64,000 nt of DNA from Zootoca vivipara (GCF_963506605.1 NC_083276.1:47368001-47432000); one strand, 5' to 3'; shown: positions 51,294 through 63,290, numbered from the stretch's first letter. Numbers and translations: made by a program. The notes: generated by a model from the letters alone, not told the origin.

Positions 51294-51624
51294 AATTAAA
51301 ACCATGGCAAGACCTGGTCTGAATAGAGACAATGGATTCTTATCTCATTTTACATGATAAAGCTATTTTTGGCCATCTCATCCCTTGCTTTTTCCTGTAA
51401 GACCAATTGCAGTCGTAAACAGGTTTACCACACCTATCAGCCAATCACCCATTCCCACCACCCTTCTGAGTAATACCCCTCCCCACCCTCTCACTATATA
51501 TAAGGGTCTGGTGACTTATATACTGTTTCAGTGTATCTGAAGAAGTGTGGATGCACACAAAAGCTCATACCAAGAACAAACTTACTTGGTCTCTATGGTG
51601 CTACTGGACAATTTTTTAAAAAAT
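51294..51624 (+). mobile_element. Penelope-like element 3' end (ORF tail plus pLTR)
   Basis: Frame ending LKTMARPGLNRDNGFLSHFT* (GLN motif of the GIY-YIG C-terminus); CCAAT and TATATAAG; hammerhead motif; duplication gaatcttagta (51283-51293, 51625-51635). Confidence 0.9.
51533..51570 (+). ncRNA. minimal type I hammerhead ribozyme motif, probably inactivated
   Basis: gtat-CTGAAGA-a-gtgtg(gatg)cacac-aAAA-gc-TC-atac; the GAAA core reads AAAA here but GAAA in the 10004-10031 copy. Confidence 0.75.
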
Positions 51625-53292
51625 GAATCTTAGTAGAGTTAGTGAGATCTCCTTTAACGTCACAAATGAATTCCGGGACAGAGAACCATAACCACTAGAT
51701 CTGAACTAAAATCTTAAACTTAATTCCACATTAGGAAAAGTAAGCTGGAACCATAAACAAATATTGTTATTATAGTATTGAATGTCAAGGTTCCTCCTGG
51801 AAAACAATGGATTGTGGGGAGGGGATAATTAATTCCAACTGGCAGCTAATCTAAAAATTATGTACACAAGTTGATCCAAAATATAATTTTGTCAACAGTG
51901 TTGTTTTTATTAATTGTTCTGAGGGTAATCATACATCAGTAACATTTTACTCATTACAGATACTATGGGTGATCCATTCCGCACATGTAGTACAGAGAGG
52001 TAAGTGTGTATCAAGGAATTTGAATGATTGCAGAAGATATGAATAGCTTATTAATGCACTTAACAGAGGAATATTTTATGCAGTTTCTGTATATATTTAA
52101 CTTTTCCTACACACAAAAGTTTGTTTGAATTTGCAAATTTGCCTTGTCTGATGTGTAATCACTGGGTTGTATTGAACAATGTGGAAAAAGCTACAGTATA
52201 GCCACTTTAAATTTGTGGTGTCCTGTGGTCTTCCCCATGGAGCTCCTGAAAATTGCTGAAGGTATTGGAGGACTACTTAATTATTTTTCTGCCTCTTTTT
52301 ATTGCATTACAAGTTAATAAAATATAATATAGTAAATAAATATCCAAAAATCAAGATTCAACTTCTTAGTTACAGCCTCCCATTTGCACTCCTTTCCATT
52401 GCATCCTCAGCATCACTTCTGGTCTGCATTGCTCACCTTCCAGGTAGATTGCCTAAGAATGACAGATCAGCTGCAGTGATCTGAGACTTAATCATGTTGG
52501 ACATTCTTATTTTCTTTACTTTTTGTCCACTAATACATGTGTCAGATTCTATAGACTGTATTAATTTCATCACATGTGAAAAGATAGACATTTTTCAAAG
52601 TATGTGGATAACCAGACAAACGGGGATGTTTGTCTGTAGTTTCCAGCCAATAAATTCATCTGCAGAACATACATACGTTTCACTCTGTTAGAAGCTTGTC
52701 AAGTAAGCCGCCATATCCAGGTTGAATTAGTTCCCTCTCCTTCCCCCTCACCATTTAGTGCAAAAACCTGAAAACTTTTCCACTTGACTGAGTTCAGTCA
52801 ATAGTACAGCTAGAATTTCCAAGCATTTCCTAACGAGGCTTATTTCAAGTGGAACAATATCAGATTCTCACCCCACCCAAACAATGGCTTCAGTGTTGTT
52901 GGGTGCAACTGTCAATTCACCTGTCAAATGCTTGCAAAGTAAAACAAATTTTAAGAATTTGCACAGACTTCCTAAGAATGTTTTCTCCTCATTATATTTT
53001 GCACTTACAAAGCTAACTCCCTCTTTGGATACTGAGTATCCCATAACTATATGTCTTGAGAGACAGAAAAATATTACACACATGAAGCTCAAAACACAGA
53101 GAATGTTATTATCAATACCCATTAAGTAGCAGTTGTGAAACATGAATCCCCAAATGTTGCCTTTATTGATTCTAATCATGAATATATGTTTGGAACTTTG
53201 CCCAAATTGTCTCAATTTCAGCAGCTAAGATCACTCTCATGGTACAAACCCCTACAACAAATATAAGCTACTGTATTAGGACTAGCTACTGT

Positions 53293-53678
53293 GGGACACG
53301 GGTGGCGCTGTGGTCTAAGCCACTGACCCTCTTGGGCCTGCCGATTGGAAAGTTGGTGGTTCGAATTCGCCTGACGGGGTGAGCTCCCGTTGCTCTGTCC
53401 CAGCTCCTGCCAACCTAGCAGTTCAAAAGCACACCAGTGCAAATAGGTCATAGATACCGCTGCGGCGGGAAGGTAAACAGCGTTTCTGTGTACTCTGGCA
53501 CTCATCACAGTGTCCCTTTGCACCAGAAACTGTTTAGTCATGCCGGCCACATGACCCAGAAAGCTGTCTGTGGACAAATGGCAGCTCCTTGGTCTGAAAA
53601 ATGAGATGAGCACCGCATCCCATAGTCGCCTTTGACTGGACTTAACCGTCCAGGGGTCTTTTACCTTTTACCTTTACC
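53293..53678 (+). mobile_element. Sauria SINE, variant subfamily
   Basis: gggacacgggtggcgctgtgg head, ggttcgaattc B box, (TTTACC)n tail. Confidence 0.92.
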
Positions 53679-54236
53679 ATCAAACTTACCCCCCAAAAAA
53701 ATACCTGTGTAAATTCTAGTTCTCTCTTTACCTATTTTGGTTTAGCTTCCCCAGAATGTCAAATGTGGATTAAATGTCAATACAGATATGGTCTCAAGTT
53801 CATCTTCTTTACTATTAATAAGACAACTGTAAAATTTAAAGTAGTTACTTAACTAACATGTAACATGAGATATAAACCTGCTTTATCTACTCGTCTGGAA
53901 AGTTGTCTTTGATCAACTAGAATTATCCCTGGGCTGGGGAGCTGACTCTTCTTTCGGCACCCTTGAGATAGTAATATTTCTGTTCCTACTTGCAAGTCAA
54001 CTTATATTTCATAACGTGACATGTAAATTCTTTCCATTAAACTTTCCATTTTTGAGACTAGGTTCTTCACACACAAAGAATATTCTTGTGGCTATCACTA
54101 CAAGGCTATCACTACAAGGTTATTTTTAAAACAAAACAAAACAAAACACCTTCCAGCTTTTCCAGAGGTATTGGTTTTGACATTTGCAGCTTCAAAGAGC
54201 TGTAGGCGTCAGAATACGCCACCCCAATCTCCAAGC

Positions 54237-54750
54237 TGTGTGAAATTCCAGAGTTCCCAGGTTTTTACTCAGGGTCTGTATTTCCTATTGGAAATGAAGC
54301 ACAGTGGAGACTGTGATGTCTTTATGATATATATATATAGTTTATTAACACATATATACAACCTGAGCCTGCGATGGAGAGGCTCCCAGCATTACACTCC
54401 AAGAGGGTCTGTCTTCTCTCATAGCTACAGCCTTGGATTCAAACAGAAATCAAACATGCTCTAAATTAAAATGTGGCTCTGGTCCTCTCTCCAGCTTGCT
54501 GTATTTTACAGCAACATCATTGCAAAAAAAAAAAAAACCCTAAGCTCTCCACTCTGCTTCAAAGAGTCTCTTCCTGTCTTCTGCCTGACTCAGAGCTGGA
54601 GGAGGGGCCTCTCCCATTTTTTGTCTGGCACAGTCCTTGCCTTCTTAATGGTCCTTCCCGTTGCCCACTTTTAATGACCCATCTCTCCAGGCAATTACTT
54701 CATCAGGATGCCAGTCTGTCTTATATTTTAACATGGCTTATATTTTAACA
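54237..54750 (-). mobile_element. possible solo LTR
   Basis: TG...AACA ends, minus-strand AATAAA (tttatt near 54340), LTR-like composition; boundaries and target duplication unresolved. Confidence 0.35.
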
Positions 54751-54921
54751 TTTAATGGGTAATGGGGTAGGTCTGGCACCCACAAAGTCATAGCAATACT
54801 CTAAAAGCATGCAATCTTTAACACCCAATGGCAGAGCTAAAAACTGAGTTGTTGGTTTCCCTTGTGTATCTTTAGGGAAGGAAGGAAGGATCATCTTTTG
54901 TCCTCCTTTACTATGTTTTAT

Positions 54922-55050
54922 CCCCTTCATGGATCAATGCCTTGTCGTGGCGAAGGGGCTTGAATAACTCAGAGAAGCTATGAGCTATGCCATGCAGGGC
55001 CACCCAAGATGGACAGGTCATAGTGGAGAGTTTTGACTAAACGTGATCCA
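54922..55050 (+). ncRNA. HDV-like ribozyme fold at the BovB 5' end
   Basis: P1 ccccttc/gaagggg, P2 tggatca/tgatcca, P3 gcc/ggc, L3 ttgtcgt, single G-C P1.1 pair, J4/2 gaCtaa. Confidence 0.7.
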
Positions 55051-55101
55051 CCTGGAGAAGGAACTGGCAAGCCACTCCAGTAACCCTGCCAAGAAAACTC
55101 C

Positions 55102-58100
55102 ATGGACAAAGACAACAGGCATATAAAAGTTATTACGCTGGAAGATGAGCCCCTCAGGTCGGAAGGCGTCCAACATGCTACTGAGGAAGAGCGGAGGACA
55201 AGTACAAGTAGATTCAGAGCTGATGAAGCGGCTGGGCCAAAGCCGAAAGGACGCTCAGTTGCGGATATGCCTGGAAGCGAAAGGAAAGTCCGATGCTGTA
55301 AAGAAAAATATTGCATAGGAACCTGGAATGTAAGAACCATGAGTGGAGGTAAGCTGGATGTGGTCAAAAATGAGATGACAAGAATAAATATCGACATCCT
55401 GGGCATCAGTGAACTAAAATGGAAGGGAATGGGCGAATTCAGTTCGGATGACTATCATATCTACTACTGTGGGCAAGAATCCTGTAGCAGAAATGGAGTG
55501 GCCCTCATAGTCAATAAAAGAGTGGCAAAAGCTGTAATGGGATGCAATCTCAAAAATGACAGAATGATCTCGATACAAATCCAAGGCAGACCTTTTAACA
55601 TCACAGTAATCCAAGTTTATGCACCAACTACCGGTGCTGAAGAAAGTGAAATTGACCAATTCTATGAAGACCTACAACACCTTCTAGAAATGACACCAAA
55701 GAAGGATGTTCTTCTCATTACAGGGGACTGGAATGCTAAAGTAGGGAATCAAGAGATAAAAGGAACAACTGGCAAGTTTGGCCTTGGAGTTCAAAATGAA
55801 GCAGGGCAAAGGCTAATAGAGTTCTGTCAAGAGAACAAGCTGGTCATCACAAACACTCTATTCCAACAACACAAGAGACGACTCTACACATGGATATCAC
55901 CAAATGGACAGCATCGAAATCAGATTGATTATATTCTCTGCAGCCAAAGATGGAGAAGCTCTATACAGTCAGCAAAAACAAGACCTGGAGCTGACTGTAA
56001 CTCAGATCATCAGCTTCTTATAGCAAAATTCCAGCTTAAACTGAAGAAAGTAGGAAAAACCACTGGGCCAGTAAGATACAATCTGAATCAAATCCCTTAT
56101 GAATACACAGTGGAAGTGAGGAACAGGTTTAAGGATTTAGATTTGGTGGACAGAGTGCCTGAAGAACTATGGATGGAGGCTCGTAACATTATACAGGAGG
56201 CAGCAATGAAAACCATCCCAAGGAAAAGGAAATGCAAGAAAGCAAAATGGCTGTCCAACGAGGCCTTACAAATAGCAGAGGAGAGGAGGCAAGCAAAATG
56301 CAAGGGAGATAGGGAAAGATACAGGAAACTGAATGCAGATTTCCAAAAAACAGCAAGGAGAGACAAGAGGGTCTTCTTAAATGAGCAATGCAAAGAAATA
56401 GAGGAAAACAATAGAATGGGGAAAACCAGAGATCTGTTCAAGAAAATTGGAGATATGAAAGGAACATTTCGTACAAAGATTACCATAATCAAGGACAAAA
56501 GTGGTAAGGACCTAACAGAAGCAGAAGACATCAAGAAGAGGTGGCAAGAATACACAGAGGAATTATACCAGAAAGATATGGAGGTCTCGTACACCTCAGG
56601 TAGTGTGGTTGCTGACCTTGAGCCAGACATCTTGGAGAGTGAAGTCAAATGGGCCTTAGAAAGCATTGCTAATAACAAGGCCAGTGGAAGTGATGATATT
56701 CCAGCTGAACTGTTTAAAATTTTAAAAGATGATGCTGTTAAGGTGCTACACCCAATATGCCAGCAAGTTTGGAAAACTCAGCAATGGCCAGAGGATTGGA
56801 GAAGATCAGTCTACATCCCAATTCCAAAGAAGGGCAGTGCCAAAGAATGCTGCAACTACCGCACAATTGCGCTCATTTCACACGCTAGCAAGGTTATGCT
56901 TAAAATTCTACAAGGCAGGCTTAGGCAGTATGTGGACCGAGAACTCCCAGAAGTGCAAGCTGGATTTCGAAAGGGCAGAGGAACCAGAGACCAAATAGCA
57001 AACATGCGCTGGATTATGGAGAAAGCTAGAGAGTTCCAGAAAAACGTCTACTTCTGCTTCATTGACTATGCAAAAGCCTTTGACTGTGTCGACCACAGCA
57101 AACTATGGCAAGTTCTTAAAGAAATGGGAGTGCCTGATCACCTCATCTGTCTCCTGAGAAATCTCTATGTGGGACAAGAAGCTACAGTTAGAACTGGATA
57201 TGGAACAACTGATTGGTTCAAAATTGGGAAAGGAGTACGACAAGGTTGTATATTGTCTCCCTGCTTATTTAACTTATATGCAGAATTCATCATGCGAAAG
57301 GCTGGACTAGATGAATCCCAAGCCGGAATTAAGATTGCCGGAAGAAATATCAACAACCTCAGATATGCAGATGACACAACCTTGATGGCAGAAAGCGAGG
57401 AGGAATTAAAGAACCTTTTAATGAGGGTGAAAGAGGAGAGCGCAAAATATGGTCTGAAGCTCAACATCAAAAAAACCAAGATCATGGCCACTGGTCCCAT
57501 CACCTCCTGGCAAATAGAAGGGGAAGAAATGGAGGCAGTGAGAGATTTTACTTTCTTGGGTTCCTTGATCACTGCAGATGGTGACAGCAGTCACGAAATT
57601 AAAAGACGCCTGCTTCTTGGGAGAAAAGCAATGACAAACCTAGACAGCATCTTAAAAAGCAGAGACATCACCTTGCCGACAAAGGTCCGTATAGTTAAAG
57701 CTATGGTTTTCCCAGTAGTGATGTATGGAAGTGAGAGTTGGACCATAAAGAAGGCTGATCGCCGAAGAATTGATGCTTTTGAATTATGGTGCTGGAGGAG
57801 ACTCTTGAGAGTCCCATGGACTGCAAGAAGATCAAACCTATCCATTCTTAAGGAAATCAGCCCTGAGTGCTCCCTGGAAGGACAGATCGTGAAGCTGAGG
57901 CTCCAATACTTTGGCCACCTCATGAGAAGAGAAGAATCCTTGGAAAAGACCCTGATGTTGGGAAAGATTGAGGGCACTAGGAGAAGGGGACGACAGAGGA
58001 CAAGATGGTTGGACAGTGTTCTCGAAGCTACGAACATGAGTTTGACCAAACTGCGGGAGGCAGTGCAAGACAGGAGTGCCTGGCGTGCTCTGGTCCATGG

Positions 58101-58134
58101 GGTCACGAAGAGTCGGACACGACTAAACGACTAA
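55102..58134 (+). CDS. BovB APE endonuclease-reverse transcriptase, intact, 1010 aa
   Basis: Endonuclease motifs GTWNVRT, ILGISE, VYAPT, GDWNAK, NQIDYI, SDH; RT motifs NYRTIALIS, QAGFR, FIDYAKAFD, GVRQGCILSP, LRYADD, FLGS. Confidence 0.98.
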   Translation: MDKDNRHIKVITLEDEPLRSEGVQHATEEERRTSTSRFRADEAAGPKPKGRSVADMPGSERKVRCCKEKYCIGTWNVRTMSGGKLDVVKNEMTRINIDILGISELKWKGMGEFSSDDYHIYYCGQESCSRNGVALIVNKRVAKAVMGCNLKNDRMISIQIQGRPFNITVIQVYAPTTGAEESEIDQFYEDLQHLLEMTPKKDVLLITGDWNAKVGNQEIKGTTGKFGLGVQNEAGQRLIEFCQENKLVITNTLFQQHKRRLYTWISPNGQHRNQIDYILCSQRWRSSIQSAKTRPGADCNSDHQLLIAKFQLKLKKVGKTTGPVRYNLNQIPYEYTVEVRNRFKDLDLVDRVPEELWMEARNIIQEAAMKTIPRKRKCKKAKWLSNEALQIAEERRQAKCKGDRERYRKLNADFQKTARRDKRVFLNEQCKEIEENNRMGKTRDLFKKIGDMKGTFRTKITIIKDKSGKDLTEAEDIKKRWQEYTEELYQKDMEVSYTSGSVVADLEPDILESEVKWALESIANNKASGSDDIPAELFKILKDDAVKVLHPICQQVWKTQQWPEDWRRSVYIPIPKKGSAKECCNYRTIALISHASKVMLKILQGRLRQYVDRELPEVQAGFRKGRGTRDQIANMRWIMEKAREFQKNVYFCFIDYAKAFDCVDHSKLWQVLKEMGVPDHLICLLRNLYVGQEATVRTGYGTTDWFKIGKGVRQGCILSPCLFNLYAEFIMRKAGLDESQAGIKIAGRNINNLRYADDTTLMAESEEELKNLLMRVKEESAKYGLKLNIKKTKIMATGPITSWQIEGEEMEAVRDFTFLGSLITADGDSSHEIKRRLLLGRKAMTNLDSILKSRDITLPTKVRIVKAMVFPVVMYGSESWTIKKADRRRIDAFELWCWRRLLRVPWTARRSNLSILKEISPECSLEGQIVKLRLQYFGHLMRREESLEKTLMLGKIEGTRRRGRQRTRWLDSVLEATNMSLTKLREAVQDRSAWRALVHGVTKSRTRLND

Positions 58135-60053
58135 ACAACAACTATGTTTTATGCTGTTAGCTTCTACCTGATCTTTTATACCCCACCGATCCTTTAGCAA
58201 AGGTTGCTGCTAAATCTGTTTAATTTTTCTTACATTTATATGTACAGTATTAGTACCACACCTTCATTAATGATCCAGATAAGGAGCCGGTATCAGGCTA
58301 CAGGAGATTTATACCTTCTCTAGCCAAATCTCTCTTTGCATGGTAATGATTTAAGTACTTGACACCACATTTTAGTACAAATAAATAAATAAATAAATAC
58401 ATGGCTTCAACCATTATTTTGACAAAATGTGTGTGACTATACAGATTGCCCTCCCTGTCTTTAGCCATGTGGACCCATTTTTGCAATTCTATGCATCATT
58501 ACTCAGCAGTAAGTCTGACATCCATTGAGTTCAATGGGATGTACACTCTAGGAATTGTGCATGGGATTGCTGTAGTAGAGAAATAAAATGGTACACATGT
58601 GGAATATACTCCAGCAAAGAGAAAGACTATTAAATATCCATCTAACATTTTTAAAAAGACAGTAAAAATAACCCATATTGAAATATAATTTCAACATCTA
58701 ACAAAAGTAAAGTTCCTGATGCTGAGCAACAGAAGGAAAATGATACTGATATTTCCCCTCACTATTTAATTAAGAACAATAAAATCTCAATGTGTTTGAG
58801 ATTTTAACTGCCCCCACAGCCCTCTACAGCCTCTACTATTACGTATGCAGGGCAACCAAGGTTGAGCCTGAACACAGTTCAAGCTTTCCTTAAGCAGAAA
58901 AAGCTGTTCCATTAGACATAAACAAATCTGCTGGCATGGCAATAGCAGTCCTGCTATAATTAACAGAGGCAGATGTAAGAACATGAGAAAATCTTCAAGC
59001 AAGAGATAAATATGAAAAATGCAGAAAGTGCTCTGGAGAAATCCACTTTCTGCCTCTTCACAGTTAGTTCCAGCATCAGGGAATGTTTCTAAAATCAACA
59101 CAATGGCCAAATCTGTTTTTAATGGCAGGGCTCCCTACCACCACACACACTCACACACAACATCAAGAGCACTCCTTCAAACTGGCTGACTGTAACTCTT
59201 GTTGCCTTGCTTTTCACTTAAGAATTCAGCACAAGGTAATGCTTTGCTTCACTACGCTCCTTCACTCTAGCTTTTCCCATGAGAAACTTGGTAAGGGTTT
59301 CTTAAGTACATAGATAACAGTGTAGTAAGGGAAAGATGCACACTTCCCAAAAAAGTTATCTTATCGTATGTAAAGTATACACACTAATTAAAAAAACACA
59401 ATGAAAAGTGCTGACATGCACTTTGCAAGGCAAATTTTCCCATATTACTAGTCATCTTTTGAGAAGTGTGACATTATGGATCTAAGAATACAAGGATTAA
59501 TTTCATTCAACTGCATGGGAAATCTGAAATGCATGACAAGGGGTGGAATTCAATGACACGCTATCAGCACAAGAATTGCAGCCTGCAAGATGGAAGGACC
59601 CCCCTACTCACCCTGTGTATTGTTCTGGCGGTTCTCCTCACACACCCCAAAGCCAGTTTTGGAGGGTGTGAGTACGGGGGAAAGAGGGGGGGAAAGCTCC
59701 ATTGCGCAAGCAGAAGTCCTTGTGCAGGGCTTGTGCTGATAGAACGCATTAGGTGAGTCCTGCTCAAGGTAATTTGAACTGAAACAATAGCAAATGATGT
59801 TAGATAACCTCTGGATTTTAGTCTTGCCATATACCTTATTCACTCTGCAATGCATAAATCTAGATGGTGGGCATTAGAGAACAAAAAGGTCATCTCGAGG
59901 AATTCAGACACTCTTCTGCAAACACAAGTTGAAGATGAGACTGATGGGTGTTATAGCCTAAAATACCTGGAAGACACCAAGTTAGGGAAGGCTGGTCCAT
60001 ATTATGTTGCCTGTGGCTGGTCCATGGGCATTGCCCAGCAATATATGAGTTGG

Positions 60054-60420
60054 TGCTGGAGTTGGTGCTGGAGGAGACTCTTGAGAGTCCCATGGACTGC
60101 AAGAAGATCAAACCTATCCATTCTGAAGGAAATCAGCCCTGAGTGCTCCCTGGAAGGACAGATCGTGAAGCTGAGGCTCCAATACTTTGGCCACCTCATG
60201 AGAAGAGAAGAATCCTTGGAAAAGACCTTGATGTTGGGAAAGATGGAGGGCACTAGGAGAAGGGGACGACAGAGGACGAGATGGTTGGACAGTGTTTTCG
60301 AAGCTACGAACATGAGTTTGACCAAACTGCGGGAGGCAGTGGAAGACAGGAGTGCCTGGCGTGCTATGGTCCATGGGGTCACGAAGAGTCGGACACGACT
60401 AAACGACTAAACAACAACAA
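60054..60420 (+). mobile_element. BovB 3' fragment
   Basis: WCWRRLLRVPW...KSRTRLND* and a (CAA)n tail; duplication atatgagttgg (60043-60053, 60421-60431). Confidence 0.95.
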
Positions 60421-61101
60421 ATATGAGTTGGATCTAATGGCATTTAGACCAGTCATTGATCATTCCATACTGGCATACTTTCAAGCAAGCCTAGTCATTT
60501 AGTAGAAATGTCAAAAACAACAAGCTCTTTACAAATTTAGAAAAAGAATTCCATATTTCCCTATTCATTATCCCTGAACTCGTTATCCAGTGCTGATGCC
60601 TGCTGAGGCCAAAACAGTACCATCCTTCTACAACAGGCTTGGGGAAAAATATTGCAGAAGTACCAAGGGTAGGAGGAAACACAGCAGGGGGTGAAGCCAA
60701 TACAACCAAATGATGACTGAGCTTGATCAGGAACCTTGGAATTTTAAGTGAGTTGGAAAAGAAAAGCAGGTGTGCAGGGGAAGAAACTGAAGTGGCTGAT
60801 GAAGGGCTTGGAACAATTACCGCAATCCAGGAGGATTTAAAGCACCATGGGCTAGCTGGCAGGCAGGAAAGGCAAGGAGAAGAGGTAAGTAGTGCAGAGG
60901 GGCTAAGAAGATGAACGGAAGATGGACAGTCTTTGTCCTTGACTCCCTTTCTCTCCTCTTTCCTTCTCTTGAGAAAAACAAGCAAGGGAGGGCGAAGGAA
61001 CACATAAACAGAAGTGCACAGACACAGCTCATTATCCAGATTATCCTGCTTCACTGTGGAAAGGGAGATAAACAACTTTTTATATATAGTATTTTAATTA
61101 A

Positions 61102-61332
61102 CAGTGGTACCTCTGGTTATGAACTTAATTCATTCCGGAGGTCCATTCTTAACCCGAAACCGTTCTTAACCTGAGGTATGCTTTCACTAAGGGGGCATCC
61201 CACTGCCACCGCGCGGCTTCCGCTCACATCCTGGGGCAAAGTTCGCTACCAGGAGCACCTGCTTCTGGGTTAGCGGAGCTCGTTACCTGAAGCGTTCGTA
61301 AGGAGGACGGTACGTAACCAGAGGTTCCACTG
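61102..61332. mobile_element. Tigger-like MITE
   Basis: CAGTGGTACCTCTGGTTA...TAACCAGAGGTTCCACTG-TA. Confidence 0.88.
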
Positions 61333-63154
61333 TATTTATTGTTTATTAAATTTGTTCAGCCCTTCATCTGAAGATCACAGGGTGGTTCACAACAGCAATA
61401 TCCATAATGTTAATGTTGTTGTGACAGAACATCAGTGTGTGCAGCCCCCACAAAACCCAAACACAGCCCAATGAGGATAGACCATGCTGAGAGGGCATAG
61501 CATGCTGACAGATTATTGGGGGGGGGAGAGAAAAAACAATGGTGGAGGGATGGAATGAAGTGTATGACATTCTGAACAAAAGTACTCCACACAACTATAT
61601 ATTTTATTTATTCCAGCACCACACATGTCCTCTATCCTAATTCGTATGTAGCAGCAAAGAAAAGCATTTTTGCTCGTTATTATATATGAAGTTTCTATGC
61701 CACCCATATCCAAGGATCACAGGGTAGTTTATAATATAAATCTTTATAACTTAACTATTATTTACAGGCAGCAACCATTTTGCACGGGGGTGGTGTTGCC
61801 GCCCCTGCCCCCAGCATCAGCGGAGCGTGCCAAAGCTTGCCTCACCCTGTTATACCCCTGTTCTGCCCTCTTCCAGGTCCAAAAGGACCTGTGCATCATG
61901 CGTCTATTGGACACACACAAAATGGCCGCCGCCTGTATTCATAGCATTTTTACCTTTCTCTTCAGTCTAAAAGTCTTCCATAGCAGCTTCCAGATCAACA
62001 GAAAACAAGACATTTCATGCCCTCAGACTTACAATCTAAAAGGGAAGAGGAGGGAATAAGAAAAATACACAAACCCAGTTGCCAGCTCTTATACTTACAA
62101 ACGCTCAATGTATTTAAAATATTTGGTGTGAAGCATTAAGAACACAGTCCTGCTAAAGTGAATTTCAAAGTAAACACAATTATTTGACCCCATGTCACAT
62201 GTTGGAAGTGGCTGTGCTGAGAGAGAATAGGCTACTACGGCCTACAATGTAGTCTACCCGTTGCCTTTACTGCAAGTGTGACAGATGCAAGTGTGGGTTT
62301 CAAACCAAAAATCGCTCATCTCTCTCAGGCTGCAGCAACTGTCAACCTACTTATGTAGTCATTTTAAAGAAATATAGATAGATAGGCAGTGATACAATGT
62401 GCAACAAGCATTTAGAGAATAATTCCTGTCCTTCCAAAGGGATCTCCATTAGTAGCCCATCCTACATTCTCACACTTAATTAATTTGACTATACTGCAGC
62501 ATACTGAAAAGTTAGCTTCCTCTTGGCAATAAAACCTAAAGCAAACAACGAAAGCAGCTAATCCATGGAAGGCTTGGTTGTAACATTACTCGGCAAGATT
62601 GATAAATATGGAAATAGTTAAAATGTTCTAACTTGTTAATTAACATACTTCTTGGCCTCAGCACACACAAACAGCTAACTTGGCATGCCTGCAGCACAAA
62701 ACACCACAAACTGAAAATCAAAGCTTTCCACAACAATAGAAATGAAGATGACATGTAGATCAAAACTAAAACTCAAGTGCAAGCTTCGCTGACCCCATCC
62801 ATCCATAAAAATGAACTTTCATTTATTTGGGTCAGCAGCCAGGCTTGCACGTTCACCCCAACTGTGATTTTTAAGCTCATTTAATCAAAGTGCATCAGTG
62901 CACTACATAGTCACATGAAGCAGATCAACAATTTGTACGGGGATTGGCTGTTACAAGAACAAAACTACTGAAAGGCCAACAGTGGAATTACTATTAGCGT
63001 GATCAGGCATGGTGTGCTACATTCAAGTGAGTTCAGCTATAAAAAAAGAATAACACTCAAAACATAAAGGATTGTTATGCTCCAGATAAGAGGTATAGTT
63101 TTCATATTCCTTCCTGAACTCTGAAAACTAAAGAAATCACTGCATAAAGCAGCA

Positions 63155-63290
63155 GAGAGGTAGAGAACCTGTGGCCTTCCAGATGCTGCTGAACTACAAC
63201 TCCCAGAATCTCTGGCCATTGGTAATGTTGGCTGGGGTTGATGGGAGTTGGAGTCCAACATCATCTGAAGGGACACAGGTTTCCCAAGCC
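63155..63290. mobile_element. older hAT MITE (URR1/MER3-like)
   Basis: gaacctgtggccttccagatg...actacaactccca...tgggagttggagtccaaca.catctgaaggg.cacaggtt. Confidence 0.75.

Larger units (their letters stand above)
54922..58140 (+). mobile_element. full-length BovB (RTE) LINE
   Basis: 12-bp duplication actatgttttat (54910-54921, 58141-58152); 5' UTR, single intact ORF and (CAA)n tail. Confidence 0.98.

Noticed and set aside
54978-58106. Antisense ORFs in BovB (142, 193, 135, 171 aa; also 18594-19109 and 60002-60382)
   Set aside because: Shadows of the sense ORF; they recur only because the copies are nearly identical.
59850-60410. 186-aa ORF that looks like a host-BovB fusion protein
   Set aside because: Chance read-through from a decayed CR1-like scrap (KYLEDTKLG, compare KFADDTKLG) into a truncated BovB; no evidence of a gene.
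60491-61075. 194-aa minus-strand ORF
   Set aside because: Low-complexity Ser/Leu/Pro content from a purine-rich opposite strand; no domain motifs.
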